DNA of 63,887 nt, counting the filler, from Reclinomonas americana ATCC 50394 (lineage: Eukaryota): the NCBI GenBank assembly GCA_048213135.1. It is 23 parts of 23 records of this genome, joined end to end, with 100 filler letters (N's around TTAATTAATTAA, not from the genome) between each part and the next. Parts side by side here need not be neighbours in the genome. Positions count along the whole stretch, not along the records: positions 10,425 to 12,507 come from AFZH01023091.1; positions 12,608 to 16,310 come from AFZH01023092.1; positions 16,411 to 19,749 come from AFZH01023093.1; positions 19,850 to 21,789 come from AFZH01023094.1; 19 more parts are not named here. One strand, given 5' to 3'. Position 1 is the stretch's first letter; each line of letters starts with the position of its first letter. The position numbers and the translations under genes are program-made. The notes under the pieces were generated by a model that was not told the DNA's origin, did not search any database, and saw nothing but the letters and a program-made list of their open reading frames with translations. Of this stretch, positions 11,265 through 19,942 are shown piece after piece.

Positions 11265-12221
11265 TCAACCAGCCTTCTTCAGCGCCAAGGCCTGCAGATA
11301 ATGCTGCGCCACCGCAGCGCCGGCGATCGCGGTCGCATCGGCATGATCATAGGGCGGCGAGACCTCGGCGATGTCCATGCCGCGGAAATCGAGATCGCGG
11401 ATCGCCCAGACCAGCTGCAGCGCCTGCGCCGAGGAGAAGCCGCCGGCGACAGGCGTGCCGGTGCCCGGCGCGAAGGCAGGGTCGAGCGCGTCGATGTCGA
11501 AGGTGAGATAGGCCGGCCCCTGCCCCACACGCTCCTTGATCCGCGCCGCGATGCCGTCGACCCCGAGCCCATGCGCTTGGTAGGCGTCGAGCACCTCGAT
11601 GCCGCAATCGCGCGGCGCGACGGTGCGGATGCCGACCTGGATCGAGCGCTCGGTGTCGATCAGCCCCTCGCGCACCGCCTCGAGCACGAAGGTGCCGTGA
11701 CTGATCGCGCCGACGCCGTCGTCCCAGGTGTCCTGATGCGCGTCGAACTGGACGATGGCGAGCCTGCCATGGCGGGCGACATGGGCGCGCAGCAGCGGCA
11801 GGGTGATGAAATGGTCGCCGCCGAGGGTGACGAGCTGGGCGCCGCTGGCGATGATCGCGGCGGCCTCGCTCTCGATCGCCCGGGCACAGCCCTGCAGGTC
11901 GCTGCGCGGCAGCAGGCAATCGCCATAGTCGACCACGGCGAGCGTTTCGAACGGGTCGATCCGCGAGGGATATTGCGCGTCGCCGTCGAAGATCGCGCTG
12001 ACGCGGCGCATCGCCTGCGGCCCGAAGCGCGTGCCGGGCCGGTTCGAGACGGCGAGGTCGAAGGGCACGCCCCAGACCACGACATCGCAGCCGGCGACGT
12101 CCTTGCTGTAGCGGCGGCGCATGAAGGAAAGCGCGCCGGCATAGGTCGGGTCATGGGCCGGGCCCTTGCGGTCGCCGGTGAAGGCGTGGTCGATCGTCGG
12201 GGTTTCGGCAGGTTCGGTCAT
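11265..12221 (-). CDS. speB: Agmatinase (ureohydrolase family)
   Basis: GVPFD, RPGTRFGP, GGDHFIT, DAHQD, SHGT, TFDIDALDPAFAPGTGTP; substrate not certain. Confidence 0.88.
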   Translation of the reverse strand: MTEPAETPTIDHAFTGDRKGPAHDPTYAGALSFMRRRYSKDVAGCDVVVWGVPFDLAVSNRPGTRFGPQAMRRVSAIFDGDAQYPSRIDPFETLAVVDYGDCLLPRSDLQGCARAIESEAAAIIASGAQLVTLGGDHFITLPLLRAHVARHGRLAIVQFDAHQDTWDDGVGAISHGTFVLEAVREGLIDTERSIQVGIRTVAPRDCGIEVLDAYQAHGLGVDGIAARIKERVGQGPAYLTFDIDALDPAFAPGTGTPVAGGFSSAQALQLVWAIRDLDFRGMDIAEVSPPYDHADATAIAGAAVAQHYLQALALKKAG

Positions 12222-12240
12222 GTCGGGAATCCGTCGGGGG

Positions 12241-12423
12241 TCAGCGCCGGCCGTTGAGCCAGACATAGAGGCACCAGGGCAGGATCAAGGCGAGGCCGGT
12301 CAGGACGAGCCGCAGCGTCGTCCAGGCAACCGGGTATTGCAGCGCCCTGCCGTCGAGCTCCGGCACGCCATGGATCAGGCCGAGCGTGAAAGCCGGCGCC
12401 AGGAATACGATCAGCGCATTCAC
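12241..12423 (-). CDS. Small membrane protein; coupled to an upstream partial hydrophobic ORF (12420-12507)
   Basis: Two hydrophobic segments; GTGA start/stop overlap. Confidence 0.5.
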   Translation of the reverse strand: MNALIVFLAPAFTLGLIHGVPELDGRALQYPVAWTTLRLVLTGLALILPWCLYVWLNGRR

Positions 12424-12607
12424 GATCCGCCGGCCGCGCGGCAGGTCGCTGCGGCCAGTGCGAGCAGGGCCGGCACCGCGACCATGCCGAAGGCGATCAG
12501 GACGAACNNNNNNNNNNNNNNNNNNNNNNNNNNNNNNNNNNNNNNNNNNNNTTAATTAATTAANNNNNNNNNNNNNNNNNNNNNNNNNNNNNNNNNNNNN
12601 NNNNNNN

Positions 12608-12653
12608 GCACATGCGCGGGCTTGGTGGCGTAGGTACGCTCGTCGAGGATCAT
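12608..12653 (-). CDS. NIPSNAP-family protein, N-terminus only
   Basis: MILDERTYATKPAHV fits the NIPSNAP start pattern; GAGGGAG RBS. Confidence 0.6.
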
Positions 12654-12886
12654 CGCTCAGCCGCTCCCTCCTGGCGAGGCCGCAGAGCGGCCGAGCGATC
12701 AGATAGCCGTCTTCGCCGCAAAGCCCAACCGGTGCGGCTCCGGCCGAGCCTGCGATCGGCGCATGACGGCAGTCTGTCGCCCCCGGCAGCGAAGCGACTT
12801 CGCGCCGGAGCCGCGTCGCGGAGAAGAATGAACTGCGCCCCAGCCCGCCGGGAGCAACATCCTGCTTTTTTAGGCGATCGGGGCGC

Positions 12887-13391
12887 TCAGCCGCCATGCA
12901 GATAAAGATCGGCCCTGGCATCGCCGCGGTAGCCGGGCTCTGCCAGCACGAATCCGGCCTGTCGCAACAGATGCACGGAGGGGCCGTTGCCCGGATCGAC
13001 CGTCGCCCGCACCGGCGTGATGCCGCGCTCGCCGGCAAAGGTGACCAAGCCGGCGAGCAATTCCTTGCCCAGCCCCCTGCCCCAGCTCGCGCGCCGCAGT
13101 CCGTAGATCACCTCTTCGGTGCCATCGCCCGGCCTGGCGAAACCGGCCCAGCCGATCAGCTCGCCGCTGGCCCGCTCGGCGACAGCGCCGGTGCCGTAGC
13201 CGAAGCGTTCGAGATTGGCCGCCGAGCGCTCCACCCCAGAGCGCCGCGACATCCGGTGTGAGCGGCCGGCCGTCGTCGACGAAGCGATGGACCTGCGGGT
13301 CAGCGAAGAGCGCGACGAGCAAGGGAGCATCGGCGGCCAGGAAAGGCCGCACGACGAGACGCGCCGTCACGAGCTGGGACTGATGGATCAT
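12887..13391 (-). CDS. RimJ/RimL-type GNAT acetyltransferase; one frameshift in G-run near 13235 (probable sequencing error)
   Basis: LVTARLVVRPF...LFADPQV in one frame; GELIGWAG...WGRGLGKE...NGPSVHLLRQAGF in the next. Confidence 0.85.
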
Positions 13392-13481
13392 GCGTGCGAC
13401 GGAACAGCTTGGCACGGCCGGAATCCGTCAGGAGCGAAACCCACGGTCGCGGCTGCGGTTGAAGGGCCGGATGACCCGCGG

Positions 13482-13715
13482 CTATTCCTCGTCAGAACGG
13501 TAGGATCGCTCTGCGCGATACGGCCGCTGCCCGGCTTGACGCTCGTAACGCCGTTCACGGTCGCGATCCTGCGTCATGACGCAGTTGGCATAGGCGTCGG
13601 TGCCGCGCTGGAAGCCATAGGCGTCGCAGCGCGAGCGATCCTCGACGATCGGGTCCGGCGTGCTCGCGCAAGCGCTGAGAGCCAGGGTGAGAGCAGATGC
13701 GGCGATGATCCTCAT
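13482..13715 (-). CDS. Small lipoprotein
   Basis: Lipobox LSAC; CDAYGFQRGTDAYANCV disulfide motif. Confidence 0.75.
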   Translation of the reverse strand: MRIIAASALTLALSACASTPDPIVEDRSRCDAYGFQRGTDAYANCVMTQDRDRERRYERQAGQRPYRAERSYRSDEE

Positions 13716-13798
13716 GGGGCGAGGATGGAAGCGCCGCATGGCTGCTTTGGGGCGACAATCCGGCACTGATGCGGAGAGAGATGCACCGGCTCAGGGCC

Positions 13799-14005
13799 TC
13801 AGTTGTCGGCAGTTCCGGCGGCACTTTCGAGAATCCTGACAGTCTCTTCCAGACTTTCCTTCACGCCGAGCTGGAAGTCCTTGCGGAAGGCGATGATCGT
13901 GTCCGGCGGCTGGCCCTTGAAGGTATAGACCACGCTGACCTGGTCGGGATTGACATAGAGGGGCTTGCCGTCGGTAGGCGAGGTGAACTTGCAGAGCTTT
14001 GGCAT
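13799..14005 (-). CDS. 68-aa protein resembling the FlbD/SwrD family
   Basis: GKPLYVNPDQV...PDTII...VKESLEE pattern. Confidence 0.6.
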   Translation of the reverse strand: MPKLCKFTSPTDGKPLYVNPDQVSVVYTFKGQPPDTIIAFRKDFQLGVKESLEETVRILESAAGTADN

Positions 14006-14053
14006 GTGACGACTCTCTGGAAGGATCCGAGCGATTCAGTCGTCATAGCCTAG

Positions 14054-14091
14054 CAAAAGGACAGGCCCCGCCACAGCCGTGGCGGGGCCTG
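14054..14091 (-). terminator. Intrinsic terminator downstream of the small secreted-protein pair
   Basis: 13-bp stem CAGGCCCCGCCAC/GTGGCGGGGCCTG, then TCCTTTT on minus strand. Confidence 0.8.
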
Positions 14092-14113
14092 CGCAGGGAT
14101 CGATCGGAAATGA

Positions 14114-14338
14114 TCAGCGCGCGATGCGCGGGCGTCCGCCGCAGAATTGCTGCTCGACCGCGCGCTCGTAGCCGAGCTCGCGGTCATAGACCATGACCGT
14201 GCGGGTCAGGCAGTCGCCATCCTGCACCAGCCCGGTGTTGATGAGGCGACCATTGGGATCGGCAACGACGGTCGGGCCACAGGCCGCGGCGGCGGTAGCC
14301 AGCCCGAGGCCGACGATGAACTTCGCGATACGGTTCAT
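14114..14338 (-). CDS. Small lipoprotein with C-x22-C motif
   Basis: MNRIAKFIVGLGLATAAAAC lipobox; CLTRTVMVYDRELGYERAVEQQFCG. Confidence 0.75.
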   Translation of the reverse strand: MNRIAKFIVGLGLATAAAACGPTVVADPNGRLINTGLVQDGDCLTRTVMVYDRELGYERAVEQQFCGGRPRIAR

Positions 14339-14346
14339 GACAGCGC

Positions 14347-14598
14347 TCACATATAAAGGCCGCGGCCGCAACGGCGCACGCGCCGGTTCTCGTAATAACC
14401 GGTATAGCGGTTGAACACGCGAACGGTCTTGTAGAGGCAGTACTTGCCGTCGTTGCGGCCGTCGTAATAGGTCCGGCCGGTGTCGAGATCGACGCCGAGG
14501 AACTCGTCCTGGCCCTTCTTGCCGCCCTGGGCGAAGGCCGGAGCCGTCGCAAGGCTGATGGCGGCGAAGCCGACTGCGGCGATGGCTATCTTGAGCAT
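14347..14598 (-). CDS. Small secreted cationic protein with C-x22-C motif
   Basis: Sec signal ending AFA; AGGAG RBS; CLYKTVRVFNRYTGYYENRRVRRCG. Confidence 0.8.
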   Translation of the reverse strand: MLKIAIAAVGFAAISLATAPAFAQGGKKGQDEFLGVDLDTGRTYYDGRNDGKYCLYKTVRVFNRYTGYYENRRVRRCGRGLYM

Positions 14599-14904
14599 GG
14601 CAGTTCTCCTGTCTTGCGGCGGAAATGTGTCCAGCACCGCTTGGCGAGGCTTGCACCGGTCAGTACGGTTTTCGCGTACCCCCCGCATGTTTATCCATGG
14701 TGAGCAGCCAGATCGGCAGGCAGATCACCGCTCTTCCCCCCATGGACCCATAGCAGATCAGCTTGCGGCTTTGCTACCCGCAACGCGCCGCAGTCTGGCC
14801 ATGATTATGCCACGAGCCAGAATCGATGATTTCGCGCGGGGTCGATGCGAGCCCGCAAGCCCATGCATCGGGGCCGGAGAGCCCTGCCCTGCAGACCGGT
14901 GTGC

Positions 14905-15066
14905 CGGAGGCTTGGCTCAGATACTACAACGAGGATCGGCCGCACGGGGCCATCGGCAACAGGCCTCCTATGCCGCTGCAGAATCCCGGCGGAGCACCCA
15001 GCTCGCCGCCGTGATCCAAGGCCGGAAACTCAAGCCTCCGGCAATCCAGAAAATGGGCTCGGATCA
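14905..15066 (+). mobile_element. IS3-family remnant: transposase C-terminus plus right end
   Basis: EAWLRYYNEDRPHGAIGNRPP (integrase-core C-terminal YN..RPH motif), stop at 15014, terminal ...GGATCA. Confidence 0.75.
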
Positions 15067-15357
15067 GGGATATTTGCCATGAGTGGTGCCTCGCATCGGC
15101 ACCGCCGACCCTTCTAGCTCGGCCGAATGAGCGCGCAGGTAACGACGTTTCCGCCTGCGTCTCAGCCACAGACCGAATGCGAAGGGCAGCAAGGCGCTGA
15201 CAGCAAGCGGTGTCGCGTGCGGCGTGAGCTCGATGCTGTAGAACTTCCCGACACCCCATACGGCCACCGCAAAAAGGCAGACGCTAATGAGGCCGTAAGT
15301 CAGCGCCGAGCCGACTGGCGCGGGAGCGTAGGCGGAGGCCGCGATTTCGGCCTCCAT
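15064..15357 (-). CDS. Hypothetical two-TM membrane protein
   Basis: Two hydrophobic segments then RRRRKRR; start uncertain; stop abuts IS end. Confidence 0.45.
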   Translation of the reverse strand: MEAEIAASAYAPAPVGSALTYGLISVCLFAVAVWGVGKFYSIELTPHATPLAVSALLPFAFGLWLRRRRKRRYLRAHSAELEGSAVPMRGTTHGKYP

Positions 15358-15940
15358 GTCCTGGCGATCAACGCGGTTCAATGCGATACGACCGCAAAAG
15401 CCAATGCCATGGCTGAAAACATCAGATGGTCCGCGCCGATCGACGTGATCCCGATATGGCACCGTCCACCATCGTCGGTTTCGAGCATCAGGTCGCCTTG
15501 AAGATCCGCAAGGGCCAATATGCTCGGGTCGCAAATGAGCTTGCCCGATCTCTCATTCGACATGTCGCAGACCATCTCGGCACGCTGTCCTGTCTTCGTG
15601 GTCAAACGAGCCATGGTTCGAATCTGTCTTTCTGCACCAAGGCAGGCACACCGCACACGCTCAGAATGACATTCGGCCAAAGTCCTCGTTCGCGAGCGCA
15701 GCATCATTAATATGGGAAGTCATCTCGCAAATCGGTAGAGACAAAAATAATAACAGGAAAAAGTCTTATATATCGAGATATTAACCCTGTGATTTCAACG
15801 TTTTGAAGGAAACCTATGTCAGGAAAATATCCAAATATGACTATGTTTATGTAAGCCCTCTGAAAGAAAATTATTTGTTGAGCCTTGTATCTGGCGAAAA
15901 TTATCCTAACTTCGAGGATAGTCAGTCGGTATCATAGTCA

Positions 15941-16231
15941 ATGGCCGCTAGCGGTCTGGCTGTGGCCAGGAACGCCGATGGCGACACACAATGGCGGGTG
16001 GAAGCGGTGCGCGCCTTCGTCTGGTTCATGGACGAGAACGGTCTGTCGACACCGCTGGTCGATCGCGAAACCGGCGCCTGCCGCGATGGTCTCCACCGCG
16101 ATCGGCAGAATGAGAACAGCGGCGGCGAATCCGTGGTATCCTATCTTTTCAGCCTCGCCGAGTTTCGCCAGCTCTCCCGCATGAGTGGGGACCGCCCGAA
16201 ACTGGCGCCGCTTCGGGTCTTGCACGCCTGA
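15941..16231 (+). pseudogene. C-terminal remnant of a glycosyltransferase (GT4-type) gene
   Basis: RAFVWF...TGACRDGLHRDRQNENSGGESVVSYL resembles the C-terminus of the GT usually preceding GH130 genes; upstream is AT-rich non-coding DNA. Confidence 0.65.
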
Positions 16232-16268
16232 GCCTCCAGCGATCCGCACAAACCGAACTGGGGCCGCC

Positions 16269-16310
16269 TTGCCGCAAGCCACCTTCCTGAATCGGCAGGC
16301 GTTGCACCTG
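16269..16310 (+). CDS. GH130-family glycosidase, N-terminus only
   Basis: TTG start MPQATFLNRQALHL; synteny with GT remnant. Confidence 0.5.
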
Positions 16311-16613
16311 NNNNNNNNNNNNNNNNNNNNNNNNNNNNNNNNNNNNNNNNNNNNTTAATTAATTAANNNNNNNNNNNNNNNNNNNNNNNNNNNNNNNNNN
16401 NNNNNNNNNNCCCAAATGGGGGGCGATAGCGCACCTCCAGGCTGATACCGTCAGGCTGGGGAAAACAATATGTCCGAACTCGGCGAGCTCTACTGCCCGT
16501 TCAGGCCCGAGGTCATCTCGGCGATTTCGCCGCGATTGGCGATGCTGATCCACGGCATGGGCATGTCGGCCCTACTGTTTCTCGGGTTCTGATCTCGTCG
16601 CCCTGACCCGGTC

Positions 16614-17852
16614 CTAACGCTTGGTCATCTCGATGTCGGGGATCGTCGGCCCGCTGGCGCTGCGCTCGCCTTCGACGATGGGCGGTGACGGAACCCGCGA
16701 GATCCGCAGCGCGATGTAGATCGCGACGGCGACCGACAGCCCGACGAGATAGATCAGCATGCCCTGCGGCCCCCGAAGCTGCATCAGCAGGGTCGCGGCC
16801 AGCGGCCCGATCGCCGAGCCGGTGCCCCAGAGGAACAGCAGTTGCGCCGAGAGCCCGACGGCCTGGTCGCGTCCCATGCGGAAATAGGCATGCGTGACCG
16901 CGACCGTATACAGCGGGACGCTGCAGCCGCCGATCAGGGCGAACAGGCCGAAGAGCCAAATCCGGCCATGGGCCGCATCGACCTCCAGCAGCATCATCAG
17001 GCCAGCCGCGACCACCGCGACGATACTGGTGGCGACAAGCATGATCAGGCGGCTGGCGACCCTGTCCGCCAGCAGGCTCATCGGCCATTGCAGCAGCAGA
17101 GCGCCGATCTGGATGCCGGCGGTGAGCAGGATGGTGGCCCGCTGATCGAGACCCGAGAGGATGCCGTAGGCGGGCGCGACGCTGGTCAGCGGGCCGCCGA
17201 CCATCCCGACATAGAGGCAGCCGACCACGGCGGCCGGCGCCTGCTGCCACAGTGTCCGCAGGCCGACGGAGACGATCTCGCTCGATTCGGGCCCTCTCGC
17301 CCGCGTCAGCGCCACCGGGATCAGCGCGAGCGAGAAGGCCATGCTGGCGAAGAGGAAGACGTCCTGCGACTGGATCGCGACATAGCCGATGCCGATCTGC
17401 GAGCCGATCAGCGCGACGCGGTTGAGGATCTGATAGATGCCGAAGATGCGGCCGCGCTGCGCCCGGTTGGCCTGCCCGCTGATCCAGCTCTCGATGCAGA
17501 TGCCGTGGCCGGCCGCCGCCAGGCCCATGACCAGCCGCGAGATCCCCCACCAGGCTTCCGGCAGCAGCGGGAGAGTCAGCGTCGAGACCGCCTGGAACGC
17601 AGCGAAAACGGCAAAGCCACGGATATGGCCGACGCGGCGAACGAGCGAGGGATTGACGAAGCAGCCGATCAGGAATCCGAACGAATAGGCCGAGGCGACG
17701 AGGCCGATCAGCAGCGGCGGCTGGTTCGCGATCGCCATCTGCAGCGGCACGACCGTATTCACGATCGTGCCGGCGACCTGCAGGATCAAGGCTCCTGCAA
17801 CAATGGCGCCGAGCGCGGCGACAGAACCGCCCCCTTGGGTCTTTGCTGTCAC
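16614..17852 (-). CDS. MFS transporter (YcaD-like)
   Basis: About 12 TM segments; RRVGHIRGFA, IESWI, RGRIFGIY, LQWPMSLLADR. Confidence 0.92.
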   Translation of the reverse strand: MTAKTQGGGSVAALGAIVAGALILQVAGTIVNTVVPLQMAIANQPPLLIGLVASAYSFGFLIGCFVNPSLVRRVGHIRGFAVFAAFQAVSTLTLPLLPEAWWGISRLVMGLAAAGHGICIESWISGQANRAQRGRIFGIYQILNRVALIGSQIGIGYVAIQSQDVFLFASMAFSLALIPVALTRARGPESSEIVSVGLRTLWQQAPAAVVGCLYVGMVGGPLTSVAPAYGILSGLDQRATILLTAGIQIGALLLQWPMSLLADRVASRLIMLVATSIVAVVAAGLMMLLEVDAAHGRIWLFGLFALIGGCSVPLYTVAVTHAYFRMGRDQAVGLSAQLLFLWGTGSAIGPLAATLLMQLRGPQGMLIYLVGLSVAVAIYIALRISRVPSPPIVEGERSASGPTIPDIEMTKR

Positions 17853-18071
17853 TGCACCGTCATACCCGAATAGCCGATCCAACCAGGCTATCAGCTCGCT
17901 CGGATTCGGGAAGGCGAAGGTGGCGGGCAAACGCTTCGTCACAAACGGGGGCGGCCAAAGGCAGGTCGCCTGCTCCGCAAGAAAATCCACCCGGCGCTGC
18001 ATCCGTACCCGTCTCTTGGGCGTATCGGGCTAATGCCTAAGCCTAATAGCCGGAAGCGGCCGGCCGCTGAG

Positions 18072-18218
18072 ATGCCGCTATCGACCAAGTATCCAATCGA
18101 TCTCGAAACCCAACGCAGATTGAGACGTGACCTGAAGCTGACCAGCGAGGATATCGCGGAGATCGACCTCGAACTCGCGATCGAGGCAGGGTTGCTGAAA
18201 AAGCCGAAACGACGATGA
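18072..18218 (+). CDS. Small hypothetical protein
   Basis: 48-aa ORF followed directly by a terminator-like hairpin. Confidence 0.45.
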   Translation: MPLSTKYPIDLETQRRLRRDLKLTSEDIAEIDLELAIEAGLLKKPKRR

Positions 18219-18223
18219 GACGA

Positions 18224-18254
18224 GAAAGCCCGACCTGCCAAGGTCGGGCTTCTG
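18224..18254 (+). terminator. Hairpin AAGCCCGACCT/AGGTCGGGCTT
   Basis: 11-bp stem just after the stop codon. Confidence 0.65.
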
Positions 18255-18423
18255 TCATCCTGCGCGCTGGTAAATCCCCAGCCGCCGAAAGCAAGCCGTC
18301 AGCGCCTAACTCAAGAGGCCACGGAACTCCTGATTCCGGAACCGAACGACCATTCCCGCGCCTCGTCATCGGGCGCAGGCATCGTGTCAAAAAATGAATG
18401 AAATCAACGCTCGAAGAGCAAGG

Positions 18424-18508
18424 TGGTGGGGGAAGCAGGACTCGAACCTGCGAAGGCATAGCCAGCGGATTTACAGTCCGCCCCCTTTGCCGCTCGGGAC
18501 ATTCCCCC
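18424..18508 (-). tRNA. tRNA-Tyr (GTA)
   Basis: 85 nt, GGGGGAA acceptor, CTGTAAA anticodon loop, long variable arm, GGTTCGAGTCC, encoded CCA. Confidence 0.97.
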
Positions 18509-18587
18509 GCCTTGCCGCAAGCCGAACCCGAAGGACCGGCCGCAACCGCCTGTTTCACTTTTGTGAAGGGCGGCAGGCGCGGGCGGA

Positions 18588-18616
18588 CTTATGAGGAGAG
18601 GGCCGCCGCCTGTCAA
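18588..18616 (-). promoter_or_regulatory. tRNA promoter TTGACA-N17-CATAAG
   Basis: Perfect -35, 17-nt spacer, GC-rich discriminator. Confidence 0.7.
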
Positions 18617-18660
18617 CGCCTAAAAGCCATCTAACGACAAGCAATCGCAACGAGCGCCTT

Positions 18661-19239
18661 CTAGCCTTGCGGCCAGTTGGCACGATGACGCCTGCGCCAG
18701 TCCATGGCAGCCGGCACGAAGGCCTGGAACGGCGTCGTGTCCGGCCGCTCGATCGCATCGGCGAGATCGGGCGGCGGGTGAATCAGGCTGCGCACGCCAT
18801 GGCGATGCACCCAGACCGGCAGCTCGCCCTGCCGGGCGAACATCGCGATAACCTGCCTGACCAGCTCACTGCGCAGCGCTCGCGAACTGCCGACGGGCCG
18901 CGCCACCACGCAGAAGCGGGCGAACGGATTCGGATGGTCGTCTTCGCCCTCCAGGCAGAAGATCACGCCGCAACGGTCCGGCCGCGCCTCATCAGGCATC
19001 GCATCGATGCGCCGCCACAGGCAGAACCAGCGCCGGCAGATATCCGGCCGCGTCGCATGGATGCCGCAACCGCTGCCGGTGTTGTGGCGGCACATGATGC
19101 CCGCCGGCTTGCCGACATCGGGATCGACGATGCGCAGCACCTCGCAGCAGGCGACGCAATCGCCGCAGTCGCGCCCGGGCACCAGATGGTTCAGCGTCCG
19201 CCCCGAGCGCATCGTGCCGGCCTGCGCGCTTTCCACCAT
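18661..19239 (-). CDS. YkgJ-like cysteine-cluster (CxxCxxCC) protein
   Basis: RDCGDCVACC, CRH, GCGIHATRPDICRRWFCLW, RPDRCG; GAGGAG RBS. Confidence 0.85.
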   Translation of the reverse strand: MVESAQAGTMRSGRTLNHLVPGRDCGDCVACCEVLRIVDPDVGKPAGIMCRHNTGSGCGIHATRPDICRRWFCLWRRIDAMPDEARPDRCGVIFCLEGEDDHPNPFARFCVVARPVGSSRALRSELVRQVIAMFARQGELPVWVHRHGVRSLIHPPPDLADAIERPDTTPFQAFVPAAMDWRRRHRANWPQG

Positions 19240-19275
19240 GACGCGCCTCCTCAAGGCAGCGGCGAAGCCCTGAGC

Positions 19276-19749
19276 CTATCGCGGTTCCTGACCTATCGGA
19301 AGCGAGGCGCGGACACGGTCGAGCACGAAGGCGGCGCGCGTCTCGACATCGGCGCGGGGCAGTTCGAGCAGTTCATAGCCATGGTCGCGATAGGCCGCGG
19401 AGACCGCCTCATAGGTGCGCTCGGCCTCGGCAAAATCCTGCTTGCGCTCGCCATCCTGCGCGTAGATCTCGCGCCAGGGCGGTGCGACGAAGACGATGGG
19501 GGCATAGCGGAAGGCATGGGCCGCGCGCTCGACATGGTCCGGCACCGGCAGCCCGCACAGCCTGAGATAGCCGATGCTGTCGGGCACGCCGCGGTCGAAG
19601 AAGACCGGAGCCTCCTTCGCCTGTACCTCATGATAAGAGCGCAGGTCGAAGTTCAGCATCAGCTCGGCGAACATGGCCCGGTCACGCCAGGGCAAGGCCG
19701 GGCCGTCGATGGCGAGCTGGTCGCGGATGATCGCCCGCCCGGCCTCGGG
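19276..19749 (-). CDS. AAA_28-type ATPase, 5' partial
   Basis: VFFDRGVPD, VFVAPPWREIY, ERKQ, GYELLELP. Confidence 0.85.
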   Translation of the reverse strand, partial: PEAGRAIIRDQLAIDGPALPWRDRAMFAELMLNFDLRSYHEVQAKEAPVFFDRGVPDSIGYLRLCGLPVPDHVERAAHAFRYAPIVFVAPPWREIYAQDGERKQDFAEAERTYEAVSAAYRDHGYELLELPRADVETRAAFVLDRVRASLPIGQEPR

Positions 19750-19849
19750 NNNNNNNNNNNNNNNNNNNNNNNNNNNNNNNNNNNNNNNNNNNNTTAATTA
19801 ATTAANNNNNNNNNNNNNNNNNNNNNNNNNNNNNNNNNNNNNNNNNNNN

Positions 19850-19874
19850 GAGTTCGATCCTCTCCGCCGCACCA
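19850..19874 (+). tRNA. 3' end of a tRNA (T-arm, acceptor strand, CCA); possibly Leu
   Basis: GAGTTCGATCCTCTCCGCCGCACCA at contig start; anticodon not visible. Confidence 0.7.
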
Positions 19875-19942
19875 TCTATCCCCCAGTCGGAGCTCTCGCG
19901 CCGAGTCTGGCGCCAGGACTCGGCCAAGCCGCCGAACGCCCG

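Noticed and set aside
10431..12257. 608-aa plus-strand ORF and similar long antisense ORFs (e.g. 16842-17873, 58588-59523)
   Set aside because: Shadow frames of real genes in GC-rich DNA; no motifs.
12734..12814. 11-bp inverted repeat upstream of the NIPSNAP gene as a riboswitch
   Set aside because: No recognisable aptamer or terminator; short GC-rich inverted repeats arise readily by chance.
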